Shown: positions 13,905-27,479 of the stretch, one piece after another
How positions within the stretch are numbered: the stretch's first letter is position 1
How the letters are laid out: each line of letters opens with the position of its first letter
Assembly: GCA_973895155.1 (NCBI GenBank)
Contig: OZ316891.1
Coordinates: 14,229,037 to 14,293,036, forward strand
Direction: 5' to 3'
DNA length: 64,000 bases
Source: Marsupella aquatica
Lineage: Eukaryota > Plantae > Marchantiophyta
The notes under the pieces: model-generated
Database searches by the model: none
Told to the model about the DNA's origin: nothing
What the model saw: the letters and a program-made list of their open reading frames with translations, nothing else
Translations under genes and position numbers: made by a program

Positions 13905-16900
13905 CACCTTTGGAGTGATTTTCCAGAAGTGTCATCATATATGGATGCGCGCATACTATCGTATCCATGGGGCAAATGAAACCTTTTTGTCTCTCCAAGA
14001 AGTAGGGCAATACCAATGGAAGGTTGTCATGCTTTGTTGTAATTGTGTCATGTTTGTGCCGGTGTTTGGACGGGGAATATTTTAATTTGCAAATAAATGC
14101 ATGCATACCATCACATCCAAAGGCAAATAAAAGTTGTTTTTTGGTTCTCCAAGAGGTAGTGCTGCCCCAATGGAATGGGCAGGGGAGTCATGCTTCTCAG
14201 TATGGTGTGGGTGCAGGTTTAGGGAAGAGGAATATTCCAACCTTGCAAGGAATCTAAAGCTAGCTCTCTTTGGAGGTACTAGGGCCTTTATTGGGTCATA
14301 TGTGAGCAATGGCCCGTCATAAATGCCAATGACTAAAAGTAGGGTCATTAAAATTGTCATATGGAGAGTCATATCAGTCTAATGACTGGATTTGTGGTCA
14401 TTTGAGGGGTCCCTTATGTAGTCATTAAGGAAAAGCACAAATGACCATTTTGGGGCTAGGGGCTTGAGGTGGGCCCTAGAGTGCCATGGGCCCCACATAG
14501 AGGTGAGAACCCCTCCACTAGGTGCGGGACACTATACTCATCATTGTCCAACCACTAGTTGCGACATAAACACTTTGGGCACATGTTTTTGTGTTTCCTT
14601 AAGGCATGATGCACCTTTGGGGAAATCACTCCCAAGTCGTACGACTTTGGAGTGATTTGCCAAAAGTGCAACCATGGATGTATACCATCACATCCAAAGG
14701 CAAATAAAACCTGTTTTTTGGTTCTCCAAGAGGTAGTGCTGCACGAATGGAATGGGCAGGGAGTCGTGCTTCTTAGCATGGTGTGGCTGCGGGATTAGGG
14801 TTTGGGAATATTCCAACCTTGCAAGGAATCTAAAGCTGGCTCTCTTTGGAGGTACTAGGGCCTTTATTGGGTCATATGTGAGCAATGGCCCGTCATAAAT
14901 GCCAATTACTACAAGAAAGGTCATTAAAATGGTCACATTGGATGTCATATAAGCGGAATGACCTGAATTATTGTCATTTGAGGGGTCCCTCATGCAGTCA
15001 TTAAGGAAAAGCACAAATGACCATTTTGGGGCTAGGGGCTGGAGGTGCACCCTAGAGTGCCATGGGGCCCCACATAGAGGTGAGAACCCCTCCACGAGGT
15101 GCGGGACACTATACTCATCATTGTCCAACCACTAGTTGCGACATAAACACTTTGGACACATGTTTTTGTGTTTCCTTAAGGCATGATGCACCTTTGGGGA
15201 AATCACTCCCAAGTCGTACGACTTTGGAGTGATTTGCCAAAAGTGTTGCCATGCATGCACACCATCACATACAAAGGCAAATAAAAGTTGTTTTTGGGTT
15301 CTCCAAGAGGTGGTGTTGCACCAATGGAATGGGCAGGGGAGTCGTGCTTCCCTGTATGGTGTGGGTGTGGGTTTAGGAAAGAGGAATATTCCAACCTTGC
15401 AAGGAATCTAAAGCGGGCTCTCTTTGGAGGTACTAGGGCCTTTATTGGGTCATATGTGAGCAATGGACCGTCATAAATATCAATGACTAAAAGCAAGGTC
15501 ATTAAAACTGTCATATGGAGAGTCATATCAATCTAATGACTGGATTTGTGGTCATTTGAGGGGTCCCTTATGCAGTCATTAAGGAAAAGCACAAATGACC
15601 AGTTTGGGGCTAGGGGCTGGAGGTGGGCCCTAGAGTGCCATGTGGCCCCACATAGAGGTGAGAACCCCTCCACTACGTGCGGGACACTATACTCATCATT
15701 GTCCAACCACTAGTTGCGACATAAACACCTTGGACACATGTTTTTGCGTTTACTTAAGGCATGATGCACCTTTGGGGAAATCACTCCCAAGTCGTATGAC
15801 TTTGGAGTGATTTGCCAAAAGTGTCACCATGGATGCATACCACTGTTCCAAACGCAAATGAAGCCCTTTTTTGTCTCTCCAAGAGGTAGCGCAACACCAA
15901 TGGAATGGGTGTGGCAGTGGTGCTTCCCTCTATGATGTGTCTGATGTTTAAAGGTATACGATTATTCCATTTTTGCAAGGAATGTAGAGCGGGCTCTCTC
16001 TGGCGGTACTAGGACCTTCTTTGGGTCATTTTTTAACAAAGTCATGTCATAAGTGCCAATGACCACAAGTAGGGTCATTGAATTGGTCATATGGGATGTC
16101 ATATAATTCAAATGACTGGACTTGTTGTCATTTGAGGGGTCTCTAGTGCAGTCATTGAAGACAAGCATGAATGACCAATTTGGAGCTAAGGGCTGGAGGT
16201 GGGCCCTAGAGTGCCATGTGGCACCACATAGAGCTCGCAACCCCTTCACTAGGTGTCAAATACTATAATTACTATTCTCCAACCACTAGTTGCACCATTA
16301 GCAGTTTGGAGCCATGTTTTTGTGTTTACTTAAGGGATGATATAATCTTGGGGAAATCACTCCCAAGTCGTACGACTTTGGAGTGATTTGCCAAAAGTGT
16401 CACCATTGATGCATACCATCCTATCTAAAGGAAATGAAGCCATTTTTTTTGTCTCTGCAAGAAGTAGTGCAAGGCTGTTGTCCTTCCATGTAATTGTGTC
16501 ATGTTTGTGCTGGTGTTTGGATGGGGAATATTCTATTAAATGAATAGTGATGGGGCACTCAAGAAGGTAGTGTAATCTTCATTGAGTCATTTCTGAAAAA
16601 ATTGGTGTCATAAATACCAATGACTACAAGTAGGGTCATTAAATCTATCATATGGGCTGTCACATAAGTCAAATGACTGGATTTGTGGTCATTTGAGGGG
16701 TCCCTTGTGCAATCATTAAGCAGAAGCACAAATGACCAGTTTGGGGCTGGGGGCTGGAGGTGGGCCCTAGAGTGCCATGGGGCCCCACATAGAGGTGAGA
16801 ACCCCCTCCACTAGGTGCGGGACACTATACTCATCATCGTCCAACCACTAGTTGTGCCATGAACACTTTGGACACATGTTTTTGCATTTACTTAAGGCAT

Positions 16901-17870
16901 GATGCACCTTGGGGAAATCACTCCCAAGTCATACAACTTTGGAGTGATTTGCCAAAAGTGTCACCATGGATGCATACCACCGTATCCAAGCACAAATGGA
17001 GCCATTTTTTGTCTCTCCAAGAAGTAGCGCAACACCAATGGAAGGTTGTCATCTTGTGATGTAATTGTGTCATGTTTGTGCCGGTGTTTGGATGGGGAAT
17101 ACTCCATTTTGCATATGAATAGTGTCGGGGCATTGTGAGTAGGTGTTGTAATCTTCATTGGGTCATTTTGGAGGAATAGTGTGTCATTAATGCCAAAGAC
17201 TGCAGTAAGGGTCATTTTGGCAGTCCTTTTGGAAGTCATTTGTGCCAAATGACTCCATATGGGGTCATTATAGAGGTCCCTCATGGTGTCATTACGGACC
17301 ATCAGAAATGACCCTTTTGGGTCTAGGAGCTTAAGGTGGCCCTAGTGTGCCATGGGGCTCTACATGAAGGTGGCAACCTCTCCACAAGGTGCGGGGTACT
17401 ATACCCACTATTCTCCAACCACTAGTTGCACCATGAGCACTTTGGAGCCATGTTTTTGCAATTACTTAAGGGATGATGCAACCTTGGGGAAATCACTCCC
17501 AAGTCATACAACTTTGGAGTGATTTGCCAAAAGTGTCACCATGCATGCATACCATCCTAAGGCATGCATACAAAAATTGTTTTTGTCTCTCCAAGAGGTA
17601 TATAGTGCAATACTAGTGGAAGACTATGTCCTTCTATATAACTATGTCATGTTTGTGCCGATATTTGGATTTTGGATATATTCTATTAAATTCCAAAGGA
17701 ATTGTAAAGGGGCACTCCGAGAGGTAGTATACTCTTCATTGGGTCATTTTCACATAATGTGTGTCATTAATGTCAATGACTACAATAAGGGTCATTTTGG
17801 TAGTCAGTTGGAGGTCATTTGGAGCAATTGACTGCATATGTGGTCATTAGAGAGGTCCCTCATGGTGTGT
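13905..17870. repeat. Tandem array of about seven ~575-bp units inside CACTA-1
   Basis: Anchor accactagttg at 14551, 15128, 15706, 16282, 16844 and 17418; units contain a long imperfect palindrome. Confidence 0.92.
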
Positions 17871-18269
17871 CATTAATGAAAACACCTCAAATTAGGGTAA
17901 TCTTGGTTGTCATACTAGAGGTCAGAAGTACCAAATGACTGGAAATGTGGTCTTTTCAAAGGCTATTGGGGGGTTCTCTTTGGAGGTACAAGGGAGTTCA
18001 TTGGATCATTTGTGAATTAAATGGTGCTTCAATCTGAGGACTAAACGTGGGGTCACTCACGCTGTCATATTGGAAGCCATTAATGTTGGCATATTGGAGG
18101 TCATATAGTCATGGGAAGGCTCACTTGTTAATGCTTTGGTGTAATGCTCTCAAAAACTCTTAGACAACATAGCCTCATATGTAGTCTTCCCTTGGTCCAA
18201 AAGGACCTTTTATATCGCGGGCATGATTTTTTATATATAACATTGGTCCTTAACATTCTTGTTGGCACC

Positions 18270-18480
18270 TACACAAACAGCCATGACCTTATGGGGGGGT
18301 TGCGACATTATAAGTTATTAACCTTGCCTTCCCTACTTAGGACCTTATGGGGGCGTCCGGACCTTGTTATTACCCTATATAGTCGGTATTTCCCTAGGGC
18401 CTTATGGGGGCGAGGGGGGGGGTGGTTTACATTGTTATTAACCTAGTCTCAACTTCCCTAGGGCCTTATGGGGGGTCCAG
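18270..18480. repeat. Short direct repeats (ctagg(g/a)ccttatggggg)
   Basis: About 4 copies of ccttatgggggg between 18287 and 18476. Confidence 0.65.
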
Positions 18481-21400
18481 ACATATGAGAGATTGTCAGA
18501 ATAGAACCTAATTCATGACCCACGTACAATATCCACCATCCCCATCTGGAGAAATACCTTACTTTTACGGGGTTTAGGCATCCAGCTTTAGGTTTTTCCT
18601 CCTCAAGTGTTCTCGCGTACCAACAGGAGCCCTTTTTCCTGAAAAAACATCGACGGAGAGGGCAATGCTCGATGTGCTCTTTTCTTGGCATGCCTTGTGT
18701 GCACATTGCAAGGGCTTAGGGTTGCGCAGCGTTGTGCATTGCCTCCACCAAGCTTCGACACTCTTCCGAGCACATTTGCTAGACTAGCACAGGGTGGAGT
18801 TGCGGGAGGGGAGGAGCTGCAACACTCTTCCGCGCACAGGTTGGAGTTGCCCCAGGAGCACAGGTTGGAGTTGCGGGAGGGGAGGAGTTGCGTGAGGTTG
18901 GAGGTGCGGAAGGGAAGAGCTGCAGAAGGAAGAGCCGGACACAATCAGAAACAGTCGAGCGACAAGCTGCGGGTCACGAGCTGTGGGTGAGGAGCTACGA
19001 TCGGCAACAAGCTGTGCAAGGTGGATGCGGAAGGCATTTGCGCACTGGGGCCCCGATCATCATGGAAGGCGATTGCTATGGAAGCTCGTGGAGGCAGTGA
19101 AAGCAGGGAGGAAATGATTCTTGCTGTGGAAGGTCGACGATAGCTTCTTGAAGAGGTTGTGGAGTTTGCGGAAGGGAGCCGGTTGTTTGTTTGGTCTCAA
19201 CATTTGTTTCTTTAAGTGGGTGCGAGCTGCTTGCGGAAGGGGAGAGGTGACCTGATTGCGGACGGGGAGAAGGCAAGCTGCTTGCGGAAGGGGAGAGGTC
19301 GAGCAGCTGCTTGCGAAAGGGGAGAGGGCGACTCATTGCGGAAGCTGAGAGTGCAAGCTACTTGCGGAAGGCAGCAGAGCACAAGCTGCTACCTGCAAGT
19401 TGAGGCCTGCTAGCTTCCGCCTCAAAGGTATTGACCTTATTCCCATTGGCGCCCATGCTGTGATTTGCCTGGTTGCTCTGTGCTCTCCACTTCCGGCTCC
19501 ACCCCAGCCTGGGACCTGCAATGTGTTGTGTTGGGACCTGTGTTGCTGTGTGTCAGAGCTCTCTGCTTATGTTTTTTCTCTATCTATCCCTCTCCATTCG
19601 CTACATGTTCTCTGATCTTCTATTCTATTGCCATTTACTACTTGTTCTTTGAGTTTGCTGAGTTTGGTTGTCCACCTTCTCGCCCTCTGTAGCCTTGAGA
19701 GGATTGCTCAATTTGTATGTGACCGCTCCTGTTGCATGCACTTATCTGCACTTACTTTTCAGACAATTTCTACTTTAAAGGACGTCTCTCTTTATTGTAT
19801 ATATCTCTCCTTTTCCATTTAAGACGGAACTGTCTCCACTACTGCTAGTCTCCCGGTTGAGCTTCTTTATTGCCCATTACAATCTATATCAATTTTTTGC
19901 CCACTCAGGTTCTCTGATCTTCAATTCTATTGCCATTTGCTACATGTTCTTTGAGTTTGTTGAGTTTGGTTGTCCACCTTCTCGCCCTCTATAGCCTTTG
20001 CATCACAAGTGCCTGCATTTCCTTCCCTGTCCCATGCTAGCTCCACTGCGGCCTTCCACTACTATCTATGTTGATTCCTTCCACTGCTACAAAATTCTGC
20101 TTTGCAATGCCATCCCAATGCTCATATGTCCCAGTAAAATTCGGGTAGACATAAGTATTAGGCGCAGAGTCTTCTCTCTCTGCTTGCCCAAGATCAGGGT
20201 TTACTGGTTCTAATTGCTAATTCAGTCCCCATTTAGAATGACCTAAGAAATTTAACTATCTTCGAGCTTTATTGTTTGTTTTGGCAAAATCTTCCCTTGC
20301 GGCCAGCAGCTGAGGCAGCATCCACGATGTCCGATACATTTTTCAAGACATAGGTAAGCTGGCTGGGGAATGCCTTTCTCCTCAATCTCAAGAGATGATT
20401 TTTCTGGAGTCTGCTCACGTATTGCTCTTGCTTGTCCAGAACTTGAACGGCTATTTACCACAACTAAATCAAGTGCCCGAGTTCTGACCGAGTTGTCCTA
20501 TGTCTGTCTGCTGTTGATTTCTGATTGCTACTTGTTGGATTTGTCTGCTATGTTCAGTTCAGTTTGTTGTCTTGTTGTCGTCTGGCAATTATTGTCAATT
20601 ATTCTGACTGCGTGAAAGGCTGTTCTATTTAGTGCTGCCTAATTGAACATAAAAATATGCTATTAAGTTGATTGAGTTAGGCAAATCAGGATGCCATACC
20701 CTTGTGTTCAAAATTCTATATCTGGCAGTGTTTGTTGTGTTTGTTGTGTTCAAAATTCTATTGGCAGTGTCAACCTAGAAAGATAACCTGATGTATCGCC
20801 AACCTTTTCAGTGTGCTGCCAAAGTCCCTGTAGATGCCACTCCTTCTCTGTTTTAAATGAGTAAACTCCTTTCCTCCATATTGAAATGTCATCCTGGACC
20901 TAAGCTGCGAGGAACTGCGAGGTGAGTCGTGACAATCTTTGTGGTGCAAGGTGAGCTTGATCTCTTATTATTACAATGTAGTCCTTAGTTTTCCATTGTA
21001 TGATGTTTTCCTTAGTCTGTCTATGTTCCTCAATGAAAATTTGGTTTCCTTACTCTTCTTTTGACATCCCTCTGTATCATAGCCTTTTCTTTTCTCTTTT
21101 TTTTACTGAAGAGAAGTGCAGGCATGTATGGTGAATCCTCACTTGATTCCAGCAACGACTCTGTAGAATTTTGTCGCCAAAAAGTTTCAGAGTTTTGTGT
21201 GTGGTTTGCCAACTGCTGTGCCACCTCAGAGAATTCCTTAGTGGCTTTTGTACAAGCCTTGCTCTTCAACTATGGTAATTTACAGCTAATTGTCTGATGT
21301 TCACACAACATCCATACACAGCAATGAATACAACTCCATGAATACAGCCACATGATTTCCTTTGGTCTGCAAACTGGACAAAACTAAACTAAACTCAGCT

Positions 21401-22107
21401 TGGTCAATTTTAAATTCTTCGTAAGGGTCTCTGACAGCAGCCCGGTATAGTCATTTGTGCACGAAGATAGAGTACGGTGCAGCTTTTGAAAAAGTGGGTG
21501 GACCAGCAGCTTGTTGAGAGTAAAGCAACTTATGGTTCTGTAACAGATGTGTGCAGTAGCTTAAGATGTAGAAGGCACACAATAAAACTTGATTTTTACA
21601 GATTTAAAAAAGGGCAGGGTGAGTGAGCACTGCATGTTGAACTCACAGGTCCGAATCTTGATTTGATTTCGCTGCTAAAATTCGTATCTCTTGCCTGAGT
21701 CCCAGTTTGCTGGAGTTTTGTTGCTCTCTGTGCTTTGTTGTGCACATTGTTGTGTTTGCTTTGTCCATTTTAAAACTTGAGAGCCAAATGAATGCTTTGC
21801 TGAAACTCAATTGCTATTTGTTCTGTGTTGCCCTTACAGATTTTAAAAAGGCAGGGTGAGTGAGCACTGCTGTACAGCAAGCGAAGGCATACAGGTTGCA
21901 ATATTTGTGATTGCTTCCAATCATAGGCCAAGGTTATTTGCGCTGCTCAGTCCTAAATGCTTTGCCATCTATAAAGCATTGGTTTATGCTGCACCCTTGT
22001 GGTTACATGTCATATTTTATGCTGCACCCTCATTCTTTTGTGTCATGCTGCACCCTGTTATTCCTTCTTGTTTCACAATCTGATGTAGGGTCTGAGTGTG
22101 CAGGACC

Positions 22108-22767
22108 ATGGCTCGCAATAAGCAGAAGGCCATGAATCGTTGCAGAGGTGAATCCTCTCAAGCACCTCAATTGTCCTTATATTCAGACATTGAGATTAAC
22201 CAGAATAGTCCACATGTATGTGCGATTTGTGATGAGGGAGGGGATCTCATTGTTTGTGATGGGCCTTGCCACCGACATTTCCATAAGAATGTTTCCTGTC
22301 CTTTGGGTCAACAATGGCTATGCCCAACTATATCCCTCGCTGATGGCCATGTTGGAGAATGGCTTTGTGTTGATTGCAAGAATGAGGAACATTCTTGCTT
22401 TAAGTGCCATGTGTCTGGAAAAATTGGTGAAGAGGTAAGAAAATGTCCAGACTCTCTTTGTGCCCGGTTTTACTGTCGGCAGTGTTTGGTTCCTGGCACA
22501 GCATCATGTGGACTCCATATTTGTCTTACTTGTGGACAGGGGCCCAATGATGGGGCTAATGGCTTTTTGGTTCAGTGCATGAGGTGTCCTAAGGCATGGC
22601 ACAAGGACTGCCTGCTGTTTATCCAACAGAGGGGATTTGCCCATGATCGAACAATTTGGGATCACTCAGCGCATGGGCAGCCCAAGAAGGGGATGTTTTA
22701 CTGTCCTGACCATGACATTGACCCTACACTAGGCACTCCTGCTAGGAGCCACATATCTTGGATTTGA
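22108..22767 (+). CDS. EDM2/NSD-type multi-PHD-finger protein carried by CACTA-1
   Basis: CAICDEGGDLIVCDGPCHRHFH..WLCVDC..CFKC..C..CARFYC..CGLHICLTC..CMRCPKAWHKDCL..FYCPDHDIDPTLGTPARSHI follows the pattern of the plant EDM2 PHD cassette. Intronless open frame from ATG 22108. Confidence 0.8.
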   Translation: MARNKQKAMNRCRGESSQAPQLSLYSDIEINQNSPHVCAICDEGGDLIVCDGPCHRHFHKNVSCPLGQQWLCPTISLADGHVGEWLCVDCKNEEHSCFKCHVSGKIGEEVRKCPDSLCARFYCRQCLVPGTASCGLHICLTCGQGPNDGANGFLVQCMRCPKAWHKDCLLFIQQRGFAHDRTIWDHSAHGQPKKGMFYCPDHDIDPTLGTPARSHISWI

Positions 22768-23367
22768 TTGAGGCTGGATGGAACACAAACTTGAGATAGA
22801 GCTTTTTGATGGTTTCACGTGGACTTAAACAATTTTCAGAGTGCTAAAACATGTGGACTATTTATATGCAGTTTGATGAACTCCTCATGTATACACACTC
22901 TACGACAGTGCATTGCGGATTGAGGCAATTAATTTTGAGAAATCAACTTTATTATCTTTTCCAGGGTAGGATTCCGATTTTCAAGCATGTGCTTTGAGTG
23001 TGACTTTCCTCCATATTGATGTCTAAACTTCACTTGTAAATTTGTCACTGGTGTCACAAACGTTACTTATTCCAGACCTGTCTGCTCACATTCCTAATAG
23101 GCAAACAAATACTGGAAATGATGAAGGCACAGAGATTTACGTTCATAGTATCATTCTGATGACACTGTATGTGATGCTCTATTTGTATGCAAGAAGGAGA
23201 AGGTGCCCTACTACAGTGGATTTGAGAAACTGGGCTCTGTGGGTTTGAGCAATTGGACTGTGGTTGGCATCGGTTGTACAACTGTGACGGTAGGCCCAAT
23301 TTTGTATGCATGTCACTCTGATTCAGTTTGAAAATCATAGTTTGAATACAATTTCAATCAAGCTAGC

Positions 23368-26300
23368 ATGGCACAATTGCCACAGAATACGTTAGGTGTG
23401 GGTAGAACTCCAAAGTTGCCGCTCTTCCATCCAGCTAGAGTACAACATCGTGATGATGCTTTGTGGGTTCGAGAACAGAAGGCCTGCCACAAGAGTGGGG
23501 ACCATAAGATGTACTGCCCTTGTGTGAACTGCAAAGGGAATTATAGGACTAATCGGAATACTGCTAGACTGCACCTTATTAAACATGGTCGGTACCCTGC
23601 ATGTCGAGTGTGGGTGGGAGAGGGACAGGACTCTTCTGATGAAGAGTGGGGTGCTGACTACATGTCACAACATGGCCCTGAGGCATTGAGGGTAGCAAAC
23701 CTTCAGTAGGCAACCTGTGCACAACAGCCAACTGTAGATGTTGAAGAACATTTATTTGTAGATGTTCCAGAGTATCCAACTGTGGATGTTCCAGAGTATC
23801 CAACTGTGGATGTTCCAGAGTATCCAACTGTGGATGTTCAAGAACATCCAACTATAGATGTCGAAGAACATATTAGGGCTCTACTAGAAGAAACGTTGCT
23901 GAGAACCAGTGAAGAATCCCCTGAGCATGAGCTAGATGATCAGGACCATTTTGACTTGGATTTTGTACTTGGGGATGATGAGAGTGAAGGAGGTGCCCAT
24001 CCTGTAAACCCCCTTGAAACCTCCAAAACTCCTGTGGAGACTGATCCTGCACAGTTATCTTTAGATGCAGCAATGCAACCTTTGTTCCCAGGCAGCAAAA
24101 TAGATGTTGTGTCATTCATGTTGCTTCTGCTGAACATCTGTCATGGCCATGGATTCTCAAACAAAGGAGTGAATGCATTGTTGTCTTTGATGGGGGAGCA
24201 TGGTATGCCTACAGAGCATAATCTGCCCAAGAACTTATATGCTGCAAAGCAGCTATTGAGAAAGCTTGGCTTGGATTATGAGAGAATCCCTGTCTGTGAG
24301 AAAGGTTGTATGCTCTTTAGGGGTGAGAATGCCAAGTTAGAAAACTGTTCAGTGTGTCAGCAGCCCAAGATGAAGAGAGTGGGGAATTCATTACAGGCAA
24401 GGAAGGTAGTGCGGTATTTCCCTATAATTCCCAGGTTGAAGAGATTGTATGCCACTGCTGGTACATCTAAACTCATGACTTGGCATCATGAGAATAGAAG
24501 CACAGACAACATGGTTCGGCACGCAGCAGATTCAAAGGCTTGGAAGCATGTGGATACAAATATTGATCGGGAATTTGCAGCTGAACCAAGGAATGTGCGA
24601 TTTGGGTTGGCACTTGATGGGGTGAATCCCTTTGGGAATAATTCCACAGCTTGGTCTACCTGGCCAATACTGTTGTTGAATTACAATTTACCTCCTTGGC
24701 TTACCACCAAGAAGTTCTTTGTCATGCTAGCTATGCTGATTCCAGGACCTGATTCAGTAACAGAGGAACAGCTAGACATAATATTGGGCCCATTCTATGA
24801 GGAGTTGGAGCTGTTGTGGAAGAAAGGAGTGCCCTGCTTTGACAAATTGCCACGCCCAGGATTGTCTCAACACTTCAACCTTAGGGCTGTGCTATTGTGG
24901 ACAATCAATGATTACCCTGCATATGGTTTAATATCTGGACAACAACACTCTGGATACAAAGGATGTGTCATCTGTGGGCCAGAATGTGTGGCACGTGGTT
25001 CTAAGCACTTGCAGAAATTAGAGTACAGTGGCCACCGTCGATGGTTAGCAGCAAGGCATCTTTTTCGTAGACCAGATAGTGCACAATACTTTGATGGTGC
25101 AATTGAGAGTCGACCTGCACCGTGTAGAATGACAAGCTCTGATAGAAAGAAGTGGGGAGACGAGACAACAGAATATTTGAAGAAGGGAGGAACCAAGGTT
25201 GAGGATGAGAAATGCCCCATAAAGGTGCATGGAGTGAAGAGGGCTACTGGTCTGTACAAGTTGCCCTATTGGAATGTAAGACTCCATACTACTACAATGA
25301 ATTTCTGCAATCTCTTCATATGACTTTGAAATATATTCTCTTCGTATACTTCCTGTAGCCCAGATTTTGTAATTGTTGTATTCAATGCACTAATTTCTGA
25401 ATTGTGTCCACTGCACAAACTACTGCCCAGTGATGCCAAAAGTTGTATTCAATGCCCTAATTTCTGAATTGTGTGTCCACTGCAGAAACTACTCATTAAC
25501 CATTGTCTAGATCCCATGCACTGTGAGAAGAATCTTGCACACAACATTGTGCACACTATCATTGGGACCAAGGACACTCCTTCTGTGAGAGAAGACATGA
25601 AGCTCTTACAGGTGCGTCAACACCTATGGCTTGTACCCAATCCAGCTCCCAAGCGTAAGGATGACAAATTGTTGATGCCCCCAGCCCCATATTGCCTGAG
25701 CAAGAAGGAAAGAACAAGGTTCTTGGAGGTTTTATTGACCTTGAAAGGGCCCACTGGTTTTTCAAGTTCTTTGGCAAAGTGTGTTACAAAATCCAAGAAA
25801 CTCTCTGGGTTGAAATCACATGATTTCCACCAACTCATGCAACAGATTCTCCCTCTGGCAACAATGGGATTACTTGATGAAGGGGTTCGCTTGGCCATAG
25901 CTGGGGTGAGCAATATCTATCGCCAGATCTGTACGAAGGTGTGGGACCCTTCAATGTATGAGAATTTGATGATGGATGTTGCATTCACTCTCTGCATTTT
26001 GGAAATCCATTTTCCACCAAGCTTCTTTGATGTCATGACCCATTTAATGATTCACCTAGTGGAGGAATTAGACTTGTGTGGCCCAGTTACAGTCGGATGG
26101 ATGTACCCAATAGAGAGGAACCTGAAGGTATTGAAGGGTTATGTACGAAACAAGGCACGTCCAGAGGCTTCTATGGCTGAAGGCTATGTATTAGATGAGT
26201 CTTTGGGATTTCTTTCTGAATACATGATTGATGCAAAGGGAGAGGGAAAACGAACCTGGGAGTTGGAGGAGGATGCTGGCGTTGCAGGCATTGTTTTGGA

Positions 26301-27385
26301 AGGGGCTGCAAAGGCGATAACTTTGGATTGGTCTGAAATGATGGCCATGCATCATTATATATTAGAGAATGAAGAGACAGTGGCTCCATGGTACAGGTAC
26401 ATAAACCCTAGAAACTCTCCTATCCTTAGGCATATGGATCATAATTATGTTGCCCCATTGTGTTTGTATATTCATGGTGGATCGTGCACTAATGTCTTCA
26501 GTGTTGTTGTTGCCATGCAGGATATATGATGCTACCAATGAGACTGTTACCAAACGAAGAGTGGATTTCCGGAAGGAGTGGATGAGGAAGCCTGCCAATC
26601 GAAGAAAACCAGTGGAATTTCCCGTAGACTGCCAAGAATTGCCACCTTTCAGGGAATGGTTTCAAACATTAGTCAATACCCATAATTTTGAGAAAGAGTC
26701 TGAGCGGTCATTACTATCTGCATACTCCACACCACCTAGTTTGAAGGCACGACTGTATAGGGCATGTAGAGCCTATGGGCACCATTGGAGGACTATTCCA
26801 TCCTTGGGGTGCTTGAGTGATTGTGATTCTGGTGCTTTCAGCACTTTTGATTCTGGGATGGCTTCTACATTCACTGAGAAGCGAGTGGACAGGTCTGGTG
26901 CAACCATAGAAGAATCTGTACAGTATGTAGGGGCCTTGACAGATATCTTGGTACTGAATTATGGCAGCTTGAGGAAAGAGGTGATTCTTTTCAAAGGGAA
27001 ATGGGCAGATCCATCATGGACTCCTAAATCCTCAGCCAGTATGAGGTATACCAAGTCTGGTCTTTGGCAGGTGAATTTCCATAGAGAACTGGGTGTGTCC
27101 AAGAAAATGGATTACGTTTTCCCAAAGCAAGTGGAGCAGGTTTTCTTCCACCCAAATGAGAAGGGGATAGCATGGAGAACAATCCTCCACAAAGAATCCA
27201 GGTCCACAAGGGTGTTAGGTGATTACACAGACGTTGATTTCCATGCTACAATGGAAAACAATGCCAAATTACACATCAAATTGGCTAAGGCCTGTAGGTC
27301 CAGAGAAAATCCAGGACCAAGTACTGGTCCCAAACGAGGCAGAGATGCAGAGGGATCTGCAAGAAAGGGCAGGCCTAAGCAGTGA
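23368..27385 (+). pseudogene. CACTA TnpD-type transposase (transposase-associated domain, Transposase_21, DUF4218, DUF4216), 3 exons, one in-frame TAG at 23707
   Basis: CPCVNCKG..LHLIKHG; RYFPIIPRLKRLY; RNVRFGLALDGVNPF; STWP..YNLPPW; DYPAYG; DPMHCEKN; KSHDFH; FPPSFFDVMTHL; WMYPIER. GT-AG introns 25276-25485 and 26397-26520 restore the frame. Confidence 0.93.
23729..23870 (+). repeat. In-frame 24-bp coding repeat (PTVDVPEY) in the TnpD N-terminus
   Basis: ccaactgtggatgttccagagtat and variants, about 6 copies. Confidence 0.85.
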
Positions 27386-27479
27386 ATAGGTTTTAGCTAG
27401 GTGTGTGAAGTCCATAGATGGACTACATGTATGGACTATTTATGAAATCAGACTAATGGTTTACCCATTTGTGCAGTTG

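Noticed and set aside
13905-17870. Possible CRISPR array or repeated genes (YDGPLLTYDPIKAL ORFs)
   Set aside because: Whole ~575-bp units repeat with no unique spacers and no cas genes; the ORFs are by-products of the array and are not kept in frame.
18600-21900. Numerous short ORFs in CACTA-1
   Set aside because: Low-complexity GA-rich repeats, a local duplication (~19606-19697 and ~19908-19997) and intron-like sequence; more likely promoter or 5' UTR.
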